DNA of 63,935 bases, counting the filler, from Reticulomyxa filosa (Eukaryota; Protista; Foraminifera): NCBI GenBank assembly GCA_000512085.1. It is 18 parts of 18 records of this genome, joined end to end, with 100 filler letters (N's around TTAATTAATTAA, not from the genome) between each part and the next. Parts side by side here need not be neighbours in the genome. Positions count along the whole stretch, not along the records: positions 25,122 to 28,685 come from ASPP01004197.1; positions 28,786 to 31,371 come from ASPP01023027.1; positions 31,472 to 32,657 come from ASPP01048815.1; positions 32,758 to 37,271 come from ASPP01017081.1; positions 37,372 to 38,549 come from ASPP01037457.1; positions 38,650 to 45,864 come from ASPP01016914.1; 12 more parts are not named here. One strand, given 5' to 3'. A model generated the notes under the pieces. That model was not told where the DNA came from. It searched no databases and was given only the letters and a program-made list of their open reading frames with translations. Positions within the stretch are counted from its first letter, which is position 1; each line of letters opens with the position of its first letter. This document shows positions 28,621 through 41,219 of the stretch, one piece after another. The translations under genes were made by a program, and so were the position numbers.

Positions 28621-29935
28621 GTTGTTGTTGTTGTTTTTTTAAAAAAGTCACTCCATATTATTATATATATATATATATATATGTANNNNNNNNNNNNNNN
28701 NNNNNNNNNNNNNNNNNNNNNNNNNNNNNTTAATTAATTAANNNNNNNNNNNNNNNNNNNNNNNNNNNNNNNNNNNNNNNNNNNNGTATGGTTGCAGTGT
28801 TAGTAGTTGAATGAGCGTTGCAATCCAAAGTATCAGAACACTAGTGAATGTTAAGGACATAGGATTGCACCCATGTCACAAAAGCGACTAATGAAAATGA
28901 TGGACTGTTAATGCCTATAATGTCAGACTCAAAGTATTGGTATGCATAATAATATTCACTGGAAGGCTTTCGCTTGCCTCGCAATGCTTGTCTTTCAATG
29001 GTTAGCACAGGCTCTGTTTTTAATTCAAACGGTGAACATGGGTTGTACTGTTTCAACGTGCTGTTATTGATGGCACTGTTGCCTTTCCACATGCTCATAA
29101 GCCTCACAGTCACAGACTCCAAGCACATCAATTGACTGTTTCAACAATACAACAACTTTACATACATAAGCCAACAAGGATTGATTCAATTTCTTTTTTT
29201 TTTTCATATCAAAAAAAAAGACAAAATAGTACCTTCCAACTTGGTTCTTGTTTTTTTTTTTCATTCCAATACCGACCTTTCTCATCTTGTAACAATTGAG
29301 CTATATTTTTAGAAGCATGTCTTTTTTTTTTCAGACAATAAGTAACAACATCTGTTAAAAAAAAGTTAATAAAGTTATTAAAATAAAAAAAGAATGGAAA
29401 GAAAAGATAATGAAAGAAAGGTTGAATATAACTCAACCAACACTGGAGCCGGCATTGCAAGTATGTGTCTGTTGGAAACAGAAAAACAAAATAAAAAAAA
29501 ACTAGGTCCAAGGGGAGGAACAGAAACACACATGTTGGTACACATACAAGCAAAGAGAAAAAAAAAACAAACAAAAGACATAAACTCTTTCTTTCTTTTC
29601 ATCCTGCAAACAATTTCCATAACTTTTTCAATCTTTTTTCAATTTTCTTTCCATTGACCTCTGCATGCAATATGACGACGAGGCTCTTTCTTTTTGGCTA
29701 TGTTTTTGACAAAACAAAAATGATAAAGTATTGGACATTCACACATACATAAAAACACACTCCAAATATTGCTTTTTGTTTTTGTTTTTCTTAATAAAAC
29801 AATTTCAATTTACATCTTTTTTTTTTTAATTATCCATATCCATGTTTTTTTTGTTAGAAACGCAGTTAATTAATAATGATAATTATTTATTAAAAAAAAA
29901 ATATGTAAAATATAACTTAACTGTGTACAGCAAAA

Positions 29936-31371
29936 ATGATCGGCCGAAAACGCCCTCACGCTGAGGGACAAAGAGAAGATGCACCGGCTCCAAAACGTGT
30001 AAAGGTATGTAGTGCACAAAATAAAAATCACTATTTATGAATTGATATACATCTATTTATTTGAATGTTTATAAATTTTTATAATAATAGATGAGTGGTG
30101 GCATATGCCATAAAGTGATGAATTTAATGGCATCATTGATGCCAATTAACTGGTGTGCAAGACAGGCTAGAAGCAACGAAGAGCCTGCTTCAAATAGTTT
30201 GGAGCCTCTGATGAGGCATTCAGAAGTTAATCTATTTTTTATTTTATTCAATCAATACAACAAAATAGTCACTCATACACATGTCTATGTGCAATTTGTT
30301 CATAAATAAATCTTGTAATTATGTATAATATAAATGTGTTTATTTGTTGTTCCACCAAAATGAAATATATATTATATGTTATTGCACATACCATTTGTAC
30401 ATAGATTGCACAGGCTCCAAAGTCAGATATAGAGCCACATCAGCATGCATTAATGGAACAACCGAGGCAACCAGAGCAATCAGAGCAACCAGAAAAGCGA
30501 AGGAAGCATTCCAAAGGCAAAGGCAAAGGCAAGGATCGATTGAAGGGACAGCGACGACGACGACAGGCTCAACGAAAAGGTGAAAAGGCTGCCAAAGAGC
30601 CAAAAAAAGAAGACGTGGCTCCGCAGCCAATACATAAAAAGCTTCTTGTCCTTGATTTGGACAATACGATAATGTATTGCGGCCCTGAGGTTAGTCATTG
30701 TTTTTTGTTATATGTGTGTATATGTTTACATATCTAAATTATTAATACAAACAATAACATACAAATAGGAGTTAACAAACTCAGTTGGAAAAGTGGATCT
30801 GTTTTTGAATGGTCGAGTCCAAAATGCCTGCGTTAAGCCGAGGCCATTCCTGCAAGACTTTCTTGAGGGCTGCAGTAAATATTACGATATTATAATATTT
30901 ACTGCAGCAGGAAAAAAATATGCAGACGACGTGTTGGAGATAATAGATAAGAGTCATTATATAACACGTCGATTATATAATGACTCTTTGACTCTTGACA
31001 CAGAGTCTGAATTTTATAAAGTTAAATTTATTTGTGTATATGTAAATAAATATGATTTATATTTATAATTATGATAATAAATAATAGGACATTACTAAAC
31101 TGGGACGGCCGATGAGTGAAGTCGTCTTCGTAGACGACAGGAAAACCAGCTGCGCGAAATTCCCGTCCAACTCCATCTGCATTGACATTTATGCAGGTGC
31201 TGACAATGATACAGCGGTAACCTATATTTATTTTGTATATTTTCTTGTTTAAATATTGACATTAACATAAATATAAATATAAATTACCACACAATAGCTG
31301 GTGCGACTGTTGCCATTGTTATTGACAACATTGGCACAGGTGGATGATGTCCGCACCGTGTTGGATGCAAA
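29936..31371 (+). CDS. FCP1/SCP (NIF)-family HAD phosphatase; multi-exon, 3' partial
   Basis: KKLLVLDLDNT (DxDxT), VKPRPFLQDFL, IIFTAAGKKYADDVLEIID, DITKLGRPMSEVVFVDD, VDDVRTVL. Phase-0 spliced upstream exons start MIGRKRPH at 29936. Confidence 0.88.
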
Positions 31372-31471
31372 NNNNNNNNNNNNNNNNNNNNNNNNNNNNN
31401 NNNNNNNNNNNNNNNTTAATTAATTAANNNNNNNNNNNNNNNNNNNNNNNNNNNNNNNNNNNNNNNNNNNN

Positions 31472-32657
31472 TAATAATGGTATTAATCTTAATTCACGAT
31501 TTTTTTTATCTTCTATTTCTTTAAATTCTTCTAAATCATCACTTTGTAATACTTCATTTACAATATCTAAAAATGCTCTTAAATCAAATTGGTATAAGAA
31601 ATGCACATTAGATAATGATTCCCATGAAAAATATAATTTTGTGCATGCTCTGGCAAATGGTGTATAAAATTTACTAGCTTCTTCTACTTGTTGTAATATT
31701 TTTTCAGATTGTTCTGCTTTTTCTTGAACAACTCTAGCTTTTAATTTTAAATTTTCTAATGTGGTCATAATATTATTATCATCTAATATATTACCAGTAA
31801 TACTATTTAAAGCATCTAATAATTGATCTTCTAATTCTCTCAATTGGAATTTAAATTCACCTTGTAATCTTAATTGATCATTTCTTTGTTCATCTATATC
31901 AGGTGCTTCTGATCTTAATATTTGACTTAAGCATTGACTTTGTAAAGAACTGGGGGTTACACTAAAATTAACAAAAGTAACACGACTACATAAATCAGGT
32001 GCAAATGCAGCAGAAGGATCTCTGGTAACTAAAAACATAGTAAATGTAGGTGAAAAATCAACATCTTTACTTGCCAATCTAATTAAATTTCTACCACCAA
32101 CAGTTTGTATTTCTTTATTTAAAACAGGATTAATAATAGGATTTAAATTTTCTACATCTTCAATAACTAATGAATTACCAAAACGTAAACCATTTTCCAA
32201 ATTATTTAAAAATGCACTATCTAAGAATGATGTACGTACTATTTTACTTTGTTTATGATAATTTAATAAAAAGTTTGTTGCTTGTCCAGAAGGATCTACT
32301 AATAAAGGATAACGATTAAATCTTTTTAATATAATAGCATTTTCAACACATAAATCATCATCTGGTAATTGTGCTTGTTTCCATGCTATTCGTTCTGCTG
32401 GTGCAGATAAATAAGATGCTAATTCCATATGTTCATTATAAGGTAAATTATTAACAGTTAATATTTGTTTCCATTTTTGTATCAATATTTGACGATATGT
32501 TATATTATAATAACCAATATAAGTTAAAAATCCTGCTGATATTAAACAATCGCCAACTAACGTACATAATTGTTTTTCAAAGCTTTTTGTTGCTTCACTC
32601 CATCTATGTTTTTCTTCTGATAAATCTTCCAATAATTTTTTTGCTCTTGCCATAGAT
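31472..32657 (-). CDS. Cytoplasmic dynein heavy chain, internal fragment (stalk end/AAA5 region)
   Basis: LVGDCLISAGFLTYIG, LPDDDLCVENAIILKRFNRYPLLVDPSGQA, LRFGNSLVIEDVE, FAPDLCSRVTFVNFSVTPSSLQSQCL, LQGEFKFQLRELE..LLDALN, FLYQF. Confidence 0.95.
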
Positions 32658-32757
32658 NNNNNNNNNNNNNNNNNNNNNNNNNNNNNNNNNNNNNNNNNNN
32701 NTTAATTAATTAANNNNNNNNNNNNNNNNNNNNNNNNNNNNNNNNNNNNNNNNNNNN

Positions 32758-33757
32758 TGTGCTTAATCACGTCGAAGTTGTGGGATGGTTGTGGTGGGCT
32801 CCAAGTCCGATGCTGACGGAATACACTCGAAATTGAATGGCTTGTCTATTGGCAATGCCTCGCTTCAGGTTTGACTATTGTTTTGTTTTCTTATAACAAA
32901 CATCTTTTTTTTTTTTTTTTTTGACGTTTTCTGGAAATGGAAAATGACTCTGCTCTGTGCTTAGACTGTTATTGTGAAAGGGAATCAGCAAAACGTAGAA
33001 GTGGTTTTGCCTTCCAAAGGCAAAGCAAGCAAAATTACCGGCTCGAATCGAAAGGGCAAAACGTCGGTCCAATTTCGTGATCCGATAGCGGATTGCCAAG
33101 AAATATCCCCAATAATGAACGGTCAATCCATTCGGCAGGCCAGGGCACTTCAAAGATTGTTTGACAATGGAGGGGACGTGGATGATGATTTTGAATTGGA
33201 CGGTGATGATGACAATGACGATGGCGTTTCTGGTTTTAATGGCTTTACTCAGATCGAAGATGAAAGCGATGAAGATGTTGAGGTTTTCAATCAAGATATG
33301 ATCAAGGACCAGGATGTAGAGTTATCATTCTCAACTTTGATTATCACTTCCAAAAAAAAAATTTAAAAATTCGATTGGATGAAAAAAAAAAAAAAAAATA
33401 GATGGCCACAACTTTCATTGACAGACGATGATGAAGCAAAAATAATGGAAATCGAAGAGCAGGACGAGACTGACGAAGAAGAAGAAGAAGAACAGCACAT
33501 ACGCTTCTTTGATAAGAACGGCCAAGGAAAGAAAAAAGGAAAAATAAGGAAATAGAAAAGTAAAAAATAAATACGCATTTGGGCAAATGCGCGGAGTAAC
33601 TGCCACACAAAGTACTGCGCATGTGCAAGAACAAGAGCAAGAAAGAGAAAGAGGAAGAGAAAAGGGAAGAGGAAGAGGACGTGGACGAGGGAGAGGAAGA
33701 GGGAGAGGACGAGGGAGAGGATGGGCAAATAGAGGTTCAAGCAGAGGTCGAGGATAA
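32758..33757 (+). CDS. 3' part of a probable RNA-binding protein (RRM-like end, acidic tracts, possible RG-repeat tail)
   Basis: GMVVVGSKSDADGIHSKLNGLSIGNASLQ resembles an RRM C-terminal half and is followed by D/E-rich exons. An (RG)n frame ends at TAA 33755-33757 but is out of frame with the preceding exon. Confidence 0.4.
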
Positions 33758-33973
33758 ACAATGACAATATTTGACAATCTTGGAAAAGAAGTTCCATATG
33801 GAGCCATATTTGAGGATTTTTTTTAACTCTCAGTAGAAGTAGCAACTCGGGAAAGAGAAATGCCTGCATTATAATTTTTTTTTTTAATGAAAAAATTGTT
33901 TTATAAATGCTTTTATGTTAAACTGAAAAAAATTTTTGAACAAGGTTTCTGTTTTACAGATTCAATCCTCTTT

Positions 33974-35773
33974 TTAAGACACTTGCAATTTTGCTACAAT
34001 GACATCAGTCATAACATGTTGCGCGGCAGCGACCATGAAAAATAAATATTGTGGCCTGTAATATACCAATACACTCCAATATCTCATCATTTCCATATGC
34101 AACTTTCGTATGCACAACCAGTCAACAAATATATATAGTACCACTTCTATCACCATCCCTGCGACAACAAACCAAGTCGTTTTTTGAAATTGTTCATCGT
34201 TCACATCCAACGGCAGAAAATGTCGATTGTAACCATACTTGGCCCAATATAATCCCATGAGAAATGCAATCCCACTGCCAACTGAAATAATGTATCGCAA
34301 GGTATAGTCGATTGATAAACGTACACACCACATTTCGTATGTACTTGTATCATACAAAAGCGTAAAAAATGCGCCACAAACATTGGAGAAGCAGCACGAG
34401 GTGCTTGAAGATTGACTCTTTCTCTGATGAAGAGAGTGTTCAAATGCATTTTGGAGGCGACAAGTGATATTAAAATACTGTTTAGTCATTCGAATTGGAT
34501 AGACAACCATTTCAAACAAAATGTGACAGAATTTCATGATAATGAAGGTTTTTATACTGCTGACGTGTAAAAACAAGTTGCGATAAAATACGTAATAAAA
34601 GCAAGACATTAGAAATTCCATACAAATTTCCACACTGATGAAGGCATTGAGTTTGTTTCGATCCAACAGTCTTGCAGTGCGTTTACAAAGGAAGCGCAAG
34701 ATTTGCATGACAAGCCAAAAGATGGAATAAAGTAATACCGGAGTTTTACTGGAAAGTGATAACAAACCATCATTAGAATTCCACTGCCATGTCAAATATT
34801 CACACCAATAGTACGACCCAATGACAGTGAACAGTAACAAAAGTGATATAACAGATTGATACCGAAGATCCATAATGATAACCGAGTCCTCCATTCGATT
34901 GCTCTTTTTCGGGTTGTTCATTTCATCATTTTCCCACGATAACAAATGAGCTTCTTTGTCGTTTGTTTTGGACAGTTCTATCTCGCTTAAATCTGAAAAC
35001 GAATATCTTTTTGAGTGTTGCATCCACGTATAATAAAAAAAAAAAAAAAGCTATAAAATAGACTTGCCAAAAAAAAAAGAAAAAGTGCAAGGTATAATAA
35101 ACCTGACTAATTTGTCATTTTGTTTTTTAGGAATTTCCTCTTGTTTGCTGTCTTTGTAGTAACAATGTTTGTAGATACATCCCGCCATGAAACACGTGTA
35201 AACAATCATAGCTTGCACACTGCTACCCATTGTGCGATTGAATGATGATTTCAATCCTTGCTTATTGTGCGTCATCGTCACATATAATATTTTGTAGGTA
35301 ATGGAAACTGTTTGTGTTATCAATGGTAAAATTACAGCTTTAACTAGAATAGAGTCAATGACATTAGGTAGAGAGTAATCCGCGATCATTAATATAAGTG
35401 GATAACTGAATAGTTGATACATTTGTAAGTATAAAAGAAATAAATACAAGTTCACTTCGTTTGGATCATTGTCTGAGTTTGGTACCTGCAATGGCACCAA
35501 CAGACAAATAAAACATAACAAAATACTTAAACCAACAATTGATGTTATGCTATGTTTCGTCAGATATTGCCAAGATTTAATCAAATGCCAATTTTCGATT
35601 GGTAATAACGATTCGGCGTCATCTTCACTGTACAAGCCGCTGTCACCAAAAAAACGCAATGGTAAAGATAATGTTCGACGCTTACGTCCATCATAACCAT
35701 TTCTTTGCAACCATTGGAAATTATAGTACTTATCAAAACAACCCCAAAATTCAGAAGAAGGTAAAGATGGCAT
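33974..35773 (-). CDS. Multi-pass membrane protein of unknown family (two exons)
   Basis: ORFs of 240 and 349 aa with many hydrophobic segments, separated by an intron-like T-rich tract at ~35030-35100. Confidence 0.65.
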
Positions 35774-36456
35774 AATTTCTCAATTCAAAAGGGGAATGCA
35801 AAACATTATTCTTTACGAGAGTATAAAAGAAGTGCTTTAATAAAAATGGGTTTGTCTGTGTTGATTGAATTTTTTTCGTTTGTAAGCAAATTATCTTTTT
35901 TATTACACATTTTGAAGATAAAGAGCAAAGCTTTTATTTAACACTGTTAATAGCAGAATGAAGAACAATATGGATGCAAAAAAAAAAAGATAGTCTCTTC
36001 CACAAAACATATATATCACCACGGGAAATAAAGATAGAGTTCGTTGATGCTCAATCACCATTACTTTCTTTTGCGATTTTTCTTGTTTTTCTGTGTTTGA
36101 TACAAATCAATACATATGCAAACATAGAGAAAGGAAAAAAATTGGAGGAGGAATTGATGTATGTTTGTGTTTCTTTCTCTCCAGTGTTTATAAATAATAT
36201 TGCTGTAAAAGAGATACACTTTTACCGAAGATGCCATTTCCTATGGAACAAAAGCGCAAGCACAAATTTGACTTTGAAAAAATAAAACAAAGACAAAAAC
36301 AAAACTATATTATGTAGTTTAATAAACAAATCGTTTTCTTTTTTGATGCCTACAGCCTTGTCACAAAGCAATTCCAAGCCCGTTCGATAGAGTTTTTGAA
36401 TAAGCGTATTTCGGGGTCTGTTGCAAATTGTCATTAGTCATTTTATAATTCTCCTG

Positions 36457-37188
36457 TCAAGTCAAGTATTTTACTTCCCACTCCTTCCCCTTCTCGTATA
36501 CAAGCGACAATGAGATAATCTCAGTATACGTAATATAATATAACTCTGTTTTTTTGGACGTATCATTTGTATTGGAAAGACCATTTGTCGATCCCTCCGT
36601 ATTTTCTTTGGTTTCATTGTAATTGAAATTGGCATTAGAATCGGAATTGGAGGTGGGAGAGGTACTTGTCTCAAATTGTACATGTTCATGTTTGAGATTT
36701 TCTTCCAGAGTTTCGAGTAGTTGCTTTAAGATATGATTGGACTTGAATCTTCGTTCGACATCTGTCATTCCAGGAGTATTCATTTGCAATTTTTCAATGG
36801 CACAATTATCCAGAGTGAAATTGAAGGACTCCAACTTATGCAAAACGTCAGTAAAATAGCGATTGTTGAGATCGTGTACGTATTGAAAATGGTCTTTTTG
36901 TGTTTGCAGTTGCAACTGCAGCTGCTTCAATTCGTCTTGTTTCAGTTGCAGCTGCATGTCCATCTCTTTTTGCTTGCAGGTCATCTCATCCAAATGCAGC
37001 GCCTTCAAAGCAGATTTCTCTTCCTCCCATTCTTTCGTTTGTTTTTCCGCTTGCGCACGCAGCGTCTTTATTTCTCGAATCAGCACCAATTTCTCCTTTG
37101 TCAATTTCTCCATTTGCCTGGCAATTCTTCCCATCCTTTCAGCTGGCCAACGTCTGTGCACGTTCATTTTCAATTTTTGCAACTTCAC
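36457..37188 (-). CDS. Coiled-coil protein, partial
   Basis: 243-aa ORF rich in E/K/Q/L heptads, preceded by a poly-T acceptor tract. Confidence 0.55.
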   Translation of the reverse strand: MKLQKLKMNVHRRWPAERMGRIARQMEKLTKEKLVLIREIKTLRAQAEKQTKEWEEEKSALKALHLDEMTCKQKEMDMQLQLKQDELKQLQLQLQTQKDHFQYVHDLNNRYFTDVLHKLESFNFTLDNCAIEKLQMNTPGMTDVERRFKSNHILKQLLETLEENLKHEHVQFETSTSPTSNSDSNANFNYNETKENTEGSTNGLSNTNDTSKKTELYYITYTEIISLSLVYEKGKEWEVKYLT

Positions 37189-37760
37189 TTTCTCGAGCTT
37201 TCAGTTCTATTCAAATCAAACAATTACAAAAAAAAAAAAAAAAAAAACCAAAAACAAAAAAATAAACAAATNNNNNNNNNNNNNNNNNNNNNNNNNNNNN
37301 NNNNNNNNNNNNNNNTTAATTAATTAANNNNNNNNNNNNNNNNNNNNNNNNNNNNNNNNNNNNNNNNNNNNTCTTTCTTTTTTTTAAAAAACTTATTAGA
37401 TTATCCATTGATCATTTTGGTAAGAAGAACCTTGGTATCTTCGAAAACAAATAGGAGCAAAAGGACATTTGATGAAGGCTCAATCATGTTACAGCCAAGA
37501 ATTGACATATTCGATTTGAACACATGCAAATACATTAAACACTAATACTTAAGAACTTATATCCTTGAAGAGGTCAATCAAAATAATATAAGAGCAGTGC
37601 ACATGAGAACAAAAGTCGAAGAGTGGATGAAAAAGGAGACAAAGTTAGATCAATAATGAATGACAAAAGAAGAAGAAGAAGAAAGAAGTTTGGAAGAAAT
37701 TAAAAGGAGAATTGGAAAAAGATTTTTGAGAGAAATTTTATGTATTAAGTTTGTATTGCT

Positions 37761-38245
37761 TCATGATCCAGAACACAGATATCTATCATGATTAAATGGC
37801 GAAAATTCAATACAACTAATCCATTCAGTGCGCTCATTAAATATTTGTAATTGTTGATTATTTTTGATATCCCAAAAACGAATAGTTATATCAACTGATG
37901 AAGAGCAAATGACATTACGATTATAGTTATGATGATAATATGATGAAAATTTCACACATGTCACACAATCTGAATGTCCATTGAATGATTCAATTTGTTT
38001 ATTGCTATCAACATCACATATACGAATTATATTATCTTCTGATCCAGAACAAAGTTATCGAGTGTTAAATAATCAATACTACACAAAACATGAATTTATC
38101 CAGTAAATGTTTTATAAACAAAATGTTTCAAACATGAAACGAGCAGTTGCCTATGTCAAATAGTGAAATAAATAATTTCATAAAATAAATATTTCAATTG
38201 AAACAAAACGTAACATAATTGACAATAAGTTTGTCAAAATCACTG
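37761..38245 (-). pseudogene. WD40-repeat family pseudogene
   Basis: GHSDCVTCVKFS...ICSSSVDITIRFWDI, ISCIEFSPF..RYLCSGS* with premature stop and truncation. Upstream remnant SDFDKLIVNY. Confidence 0.8.
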
Positions 38246-38649
38246 TTCGACATTAATTTTCGAGACCAACATCAACTAATTCATCACGAATCGTGTACAA
38301 AATACAGTAAAAATCTAAAGCCGATCAAATTTGAAAGTTTGAAATAAAACTTATCAATTCTAGTTGGGCTGAAAGTACCCCTTCTTCCAATTTTTTTTGC
38401 ATTGACGTGATTTATTTGGAAATCAATTTTTATTTTATTTTCTATCGTACACTCAAAACGAATACAAGTTATCGACAACTGCAATGAAATTACTTTGTTT
38501 ATCTTTTGATGAATAATGAAATATGTGAGTAAAAAATTAAACGACCACANNNNNNNNNNNNNNNNNNNNNNNNNNNNNNNNNNNNNNNNNNNNTTAATTA
38601 ATTAANNNNNNNNNNNNNNNNNNNNNNNNNNNNNNNNNNNNNNNNNNNN

Positions 38650-39138
38650 TTGGATATCGAGTATTTCAGTACTGTTTTTGGCGAAACCGATGTCATTCAA
38701 CCAACACGTCATCCTCTTTTCATTCGAGAAATTTGTATCACGATTTGGAACGAAATGAAATTCAACTCCACAAAGGTAATTCAAGATCGAGAAAAAAGTC
38801 GGATTTGGCGGCATATCCTGCAAGATAATAGCTGTGAGTTGGCCACAGCTTTGCAAAAAGGTGTTGTTAGACCTCGCGTAGACGAATTGCTAAATCAACT
38901 GGCTCAAAAATGCGCTATTTCAATCGACGAGTTGAACAAATTTATCAAGGAAAATGGCACCGACACTAGCATTGATTTTGATGCATTGACAGATGAAGAG
39001 TTGGCTCGCATATGTGGGGTCGATAAAAAAAAGCTAAAGGACGATTTCGAAACCCACAAAACAAAAATGAAAAACTTTAAGAATAGCCAAGAAGAAGTGC
39101 ACAAACTACTGGCTAATCTTGAAAGTGGTAATTTTTAA
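38650..39138 (+). CDS. C-terminal fragment of an unidentified protein
   Basis: 162-codon coding-like open frame from the contig edge to TAA. No family recognised. Confidence 0.5.
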   Translation: MDIEYFSTVFGETDVIQPTRHPLFIREICITIWNEMKFNSTKVIQDREKSRIWRHILQDNSCELATALQKGVVRPRVDELLNQLAQKCAISIDELNKFIKENGTDTSIDFDALTDEELARICGVDKKKLKDDFETHKTKMKNFKNSQEEVHKLLANLESGNF

Positions 39139-39755
39139 ATATATTTCTAATTTTAACATACAAATGTTATTTGAAAAAAAAAGATTTACTGTTTAAGCAA
39201 ATATTTATCATTTAACCTTCAAAAATCCAAATCATTCTTTGGTTGCTTTTTTTCATGTTAAGACCGGCTTCAAAAGGAAAAATCTTTGATAAAAAAAAAA
39301 TTTATTTTATTGAAATGGCCGTTTCAATTTTTTCTGTTTGAAAATGGCGTAGCACAAGTTCCTACACTGGTACAGTGCTGCTCAAAATTAGATTTTTTAA
39401 AATTACTTGTTAAGCTGCTCCTCTTCTAATAGCCCTACAATAGATTGACAATTGCAGGCTATAGGTACATTATCTTAAAATTAGAATGTTGATCTCTTAA
39501 TAAAATTTAAATTATGATTCTGTCATCATTTTGTGAGATGGTGTAGAAAAAAGAATAATAGATGGCAACAACAAAACTAATGAACAGTGTGTAAGCCATT
39601 GTACCTCAGGTTACCTGGTTTTTTTTTTCCCCATATCTCGAAATATCTCAGTAAAACCAGGATGGGTGTCATCTAATTAAGGAACCTTTTTCAGAGCAAT
39701 CAATATATTCGGTAAAAGCACGTTGCTTGATAAAGTAACGAAAAAAAATAAACAG

Positions 39756-40740
39756 AGCGAAAAAGAGACTGACATAATTTTAGAACACTGGGCTCGCTCT
39801 TTATCAATTCATTGGGGATGAATTCCAGATCTCAATAAAATGATTGCACGATATGTTTAGTGTTGTTTTTTCTAAAGAATAATCTTATGCTCGCAAAGAA
39901 AAGGACAAACTTAAAAAAGCAGAGATTCAAGCAATTGAAAGTATTTTGTGAAGTTACAAGTGCAAAGTTTTCATCAGATGGCAAAAAAATAGTATCATCT
40001 TCTGGTGATGGAACAGTTCAAATATGGGATGTAAAAACAGGAACGAGATACAAATATGCAAAGCTATTCATATTCTGTTCATACGGCACAATTTTCATCA
40101 GATGGCCTGTTTTGTCATGTTCACGAAGCAACAAAATTCGATTGTGGCATGCAAAATCAGGACAAGAAATAACAATTGGAGGGACATTCATGGAGTACAA
40201 CAAATGCCGAATTTTCATCAGACAATCGAACGATAGTATCAATTTCATTGGATCAAACCATTCGATTGTGGCACGTCAAGTCTGGACAAGAGTTAAAAAA
40301 ATTGAAAGGACATTCCCATGGAGTGAAGATGTGAATTTTTCTCCAGATGGTAAAACTATTGTATCAACTTCTTATGATTATACCATTGGAATATGGAACA
40401 TAGAGTCTGGCAAAACATTACATGAATTGAAGAAACATTCTAAAATGAGTGAAAGAGCTCATTTTAGTTCGGATGGTCTCTATTGTTTCATGCTCAACTG
40501 ATGGCACAATTCAAATATGGGATGCAAGGTCAGGGAAAGAACTAAAAAATTCAAATTACAGTTCTATTTAACTGACGCAAGGTTAATGCCGAATGGCAAT
40601 CTCTTGTTTGCTCTTCGAATGAGACATAATTCGACTATTGGACGTAAAAAGAGGAAAAGAAATACAGTTTCGTTCGATGGCAATTTCATCATATCTCTTC
40701 TCAAGATACGACAATACGACTGTGGGGATAATGCATAATT
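39756..40740 (+). pseudogene. WD40-repeat family pseudogene
   Basis: FSSDGKKIVSSSGDGTVQIWDV and FSPDGKTIVSTSYDYTIGIWNI repeats interrupted by several frameshifts. In-frame TGA in the N-terminal box. Confidence 0.85.
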
Positions 40741-41219
40741 TACAAACGAAAAAAAGAAATAGACTAAATCTTTTTTTTAAAAGTAGATCAAATCAACCAT
40801 TATCTTTTGGGTTCATTCGGATTACTTTTCTGTAACTCTTTTTAAATTAAGTTTTAATTTTTTTAAAAAAATAATCATTCGAGCAATTCCCATTGAAATG
40901 TATATGATGTTTGTAACTATCTGATTTGGGAATGTTATTTTATGCAATTGCTTATGTTTTTTTTAATGTTAAGAATTTTTAGCCATGATATGTACATTTA
41001 AACAGTTTGATATCGATAAATTTTTTTCATAGGTTACAATTAATCTTGCAGTCATTTGTTCGCCAATATTTTTAAACAAAAAAACGATTTATTGGAACGT
41101 TTAGAAGCACTTTTTGATTGGAAGAAAACACATAAGTAGTTTGGCGATTAAATGTTGTGTTTTTTGTTTGTGAGTTTTGTTTGGGTGTCTAGCAAATTGT
41201 AACACAAAAAAAGGCTAAG

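Noticed and set aside
28786-29300. Gene fragment on the minus strand
   Set aside because: No consistent open frame or recognisable motif.
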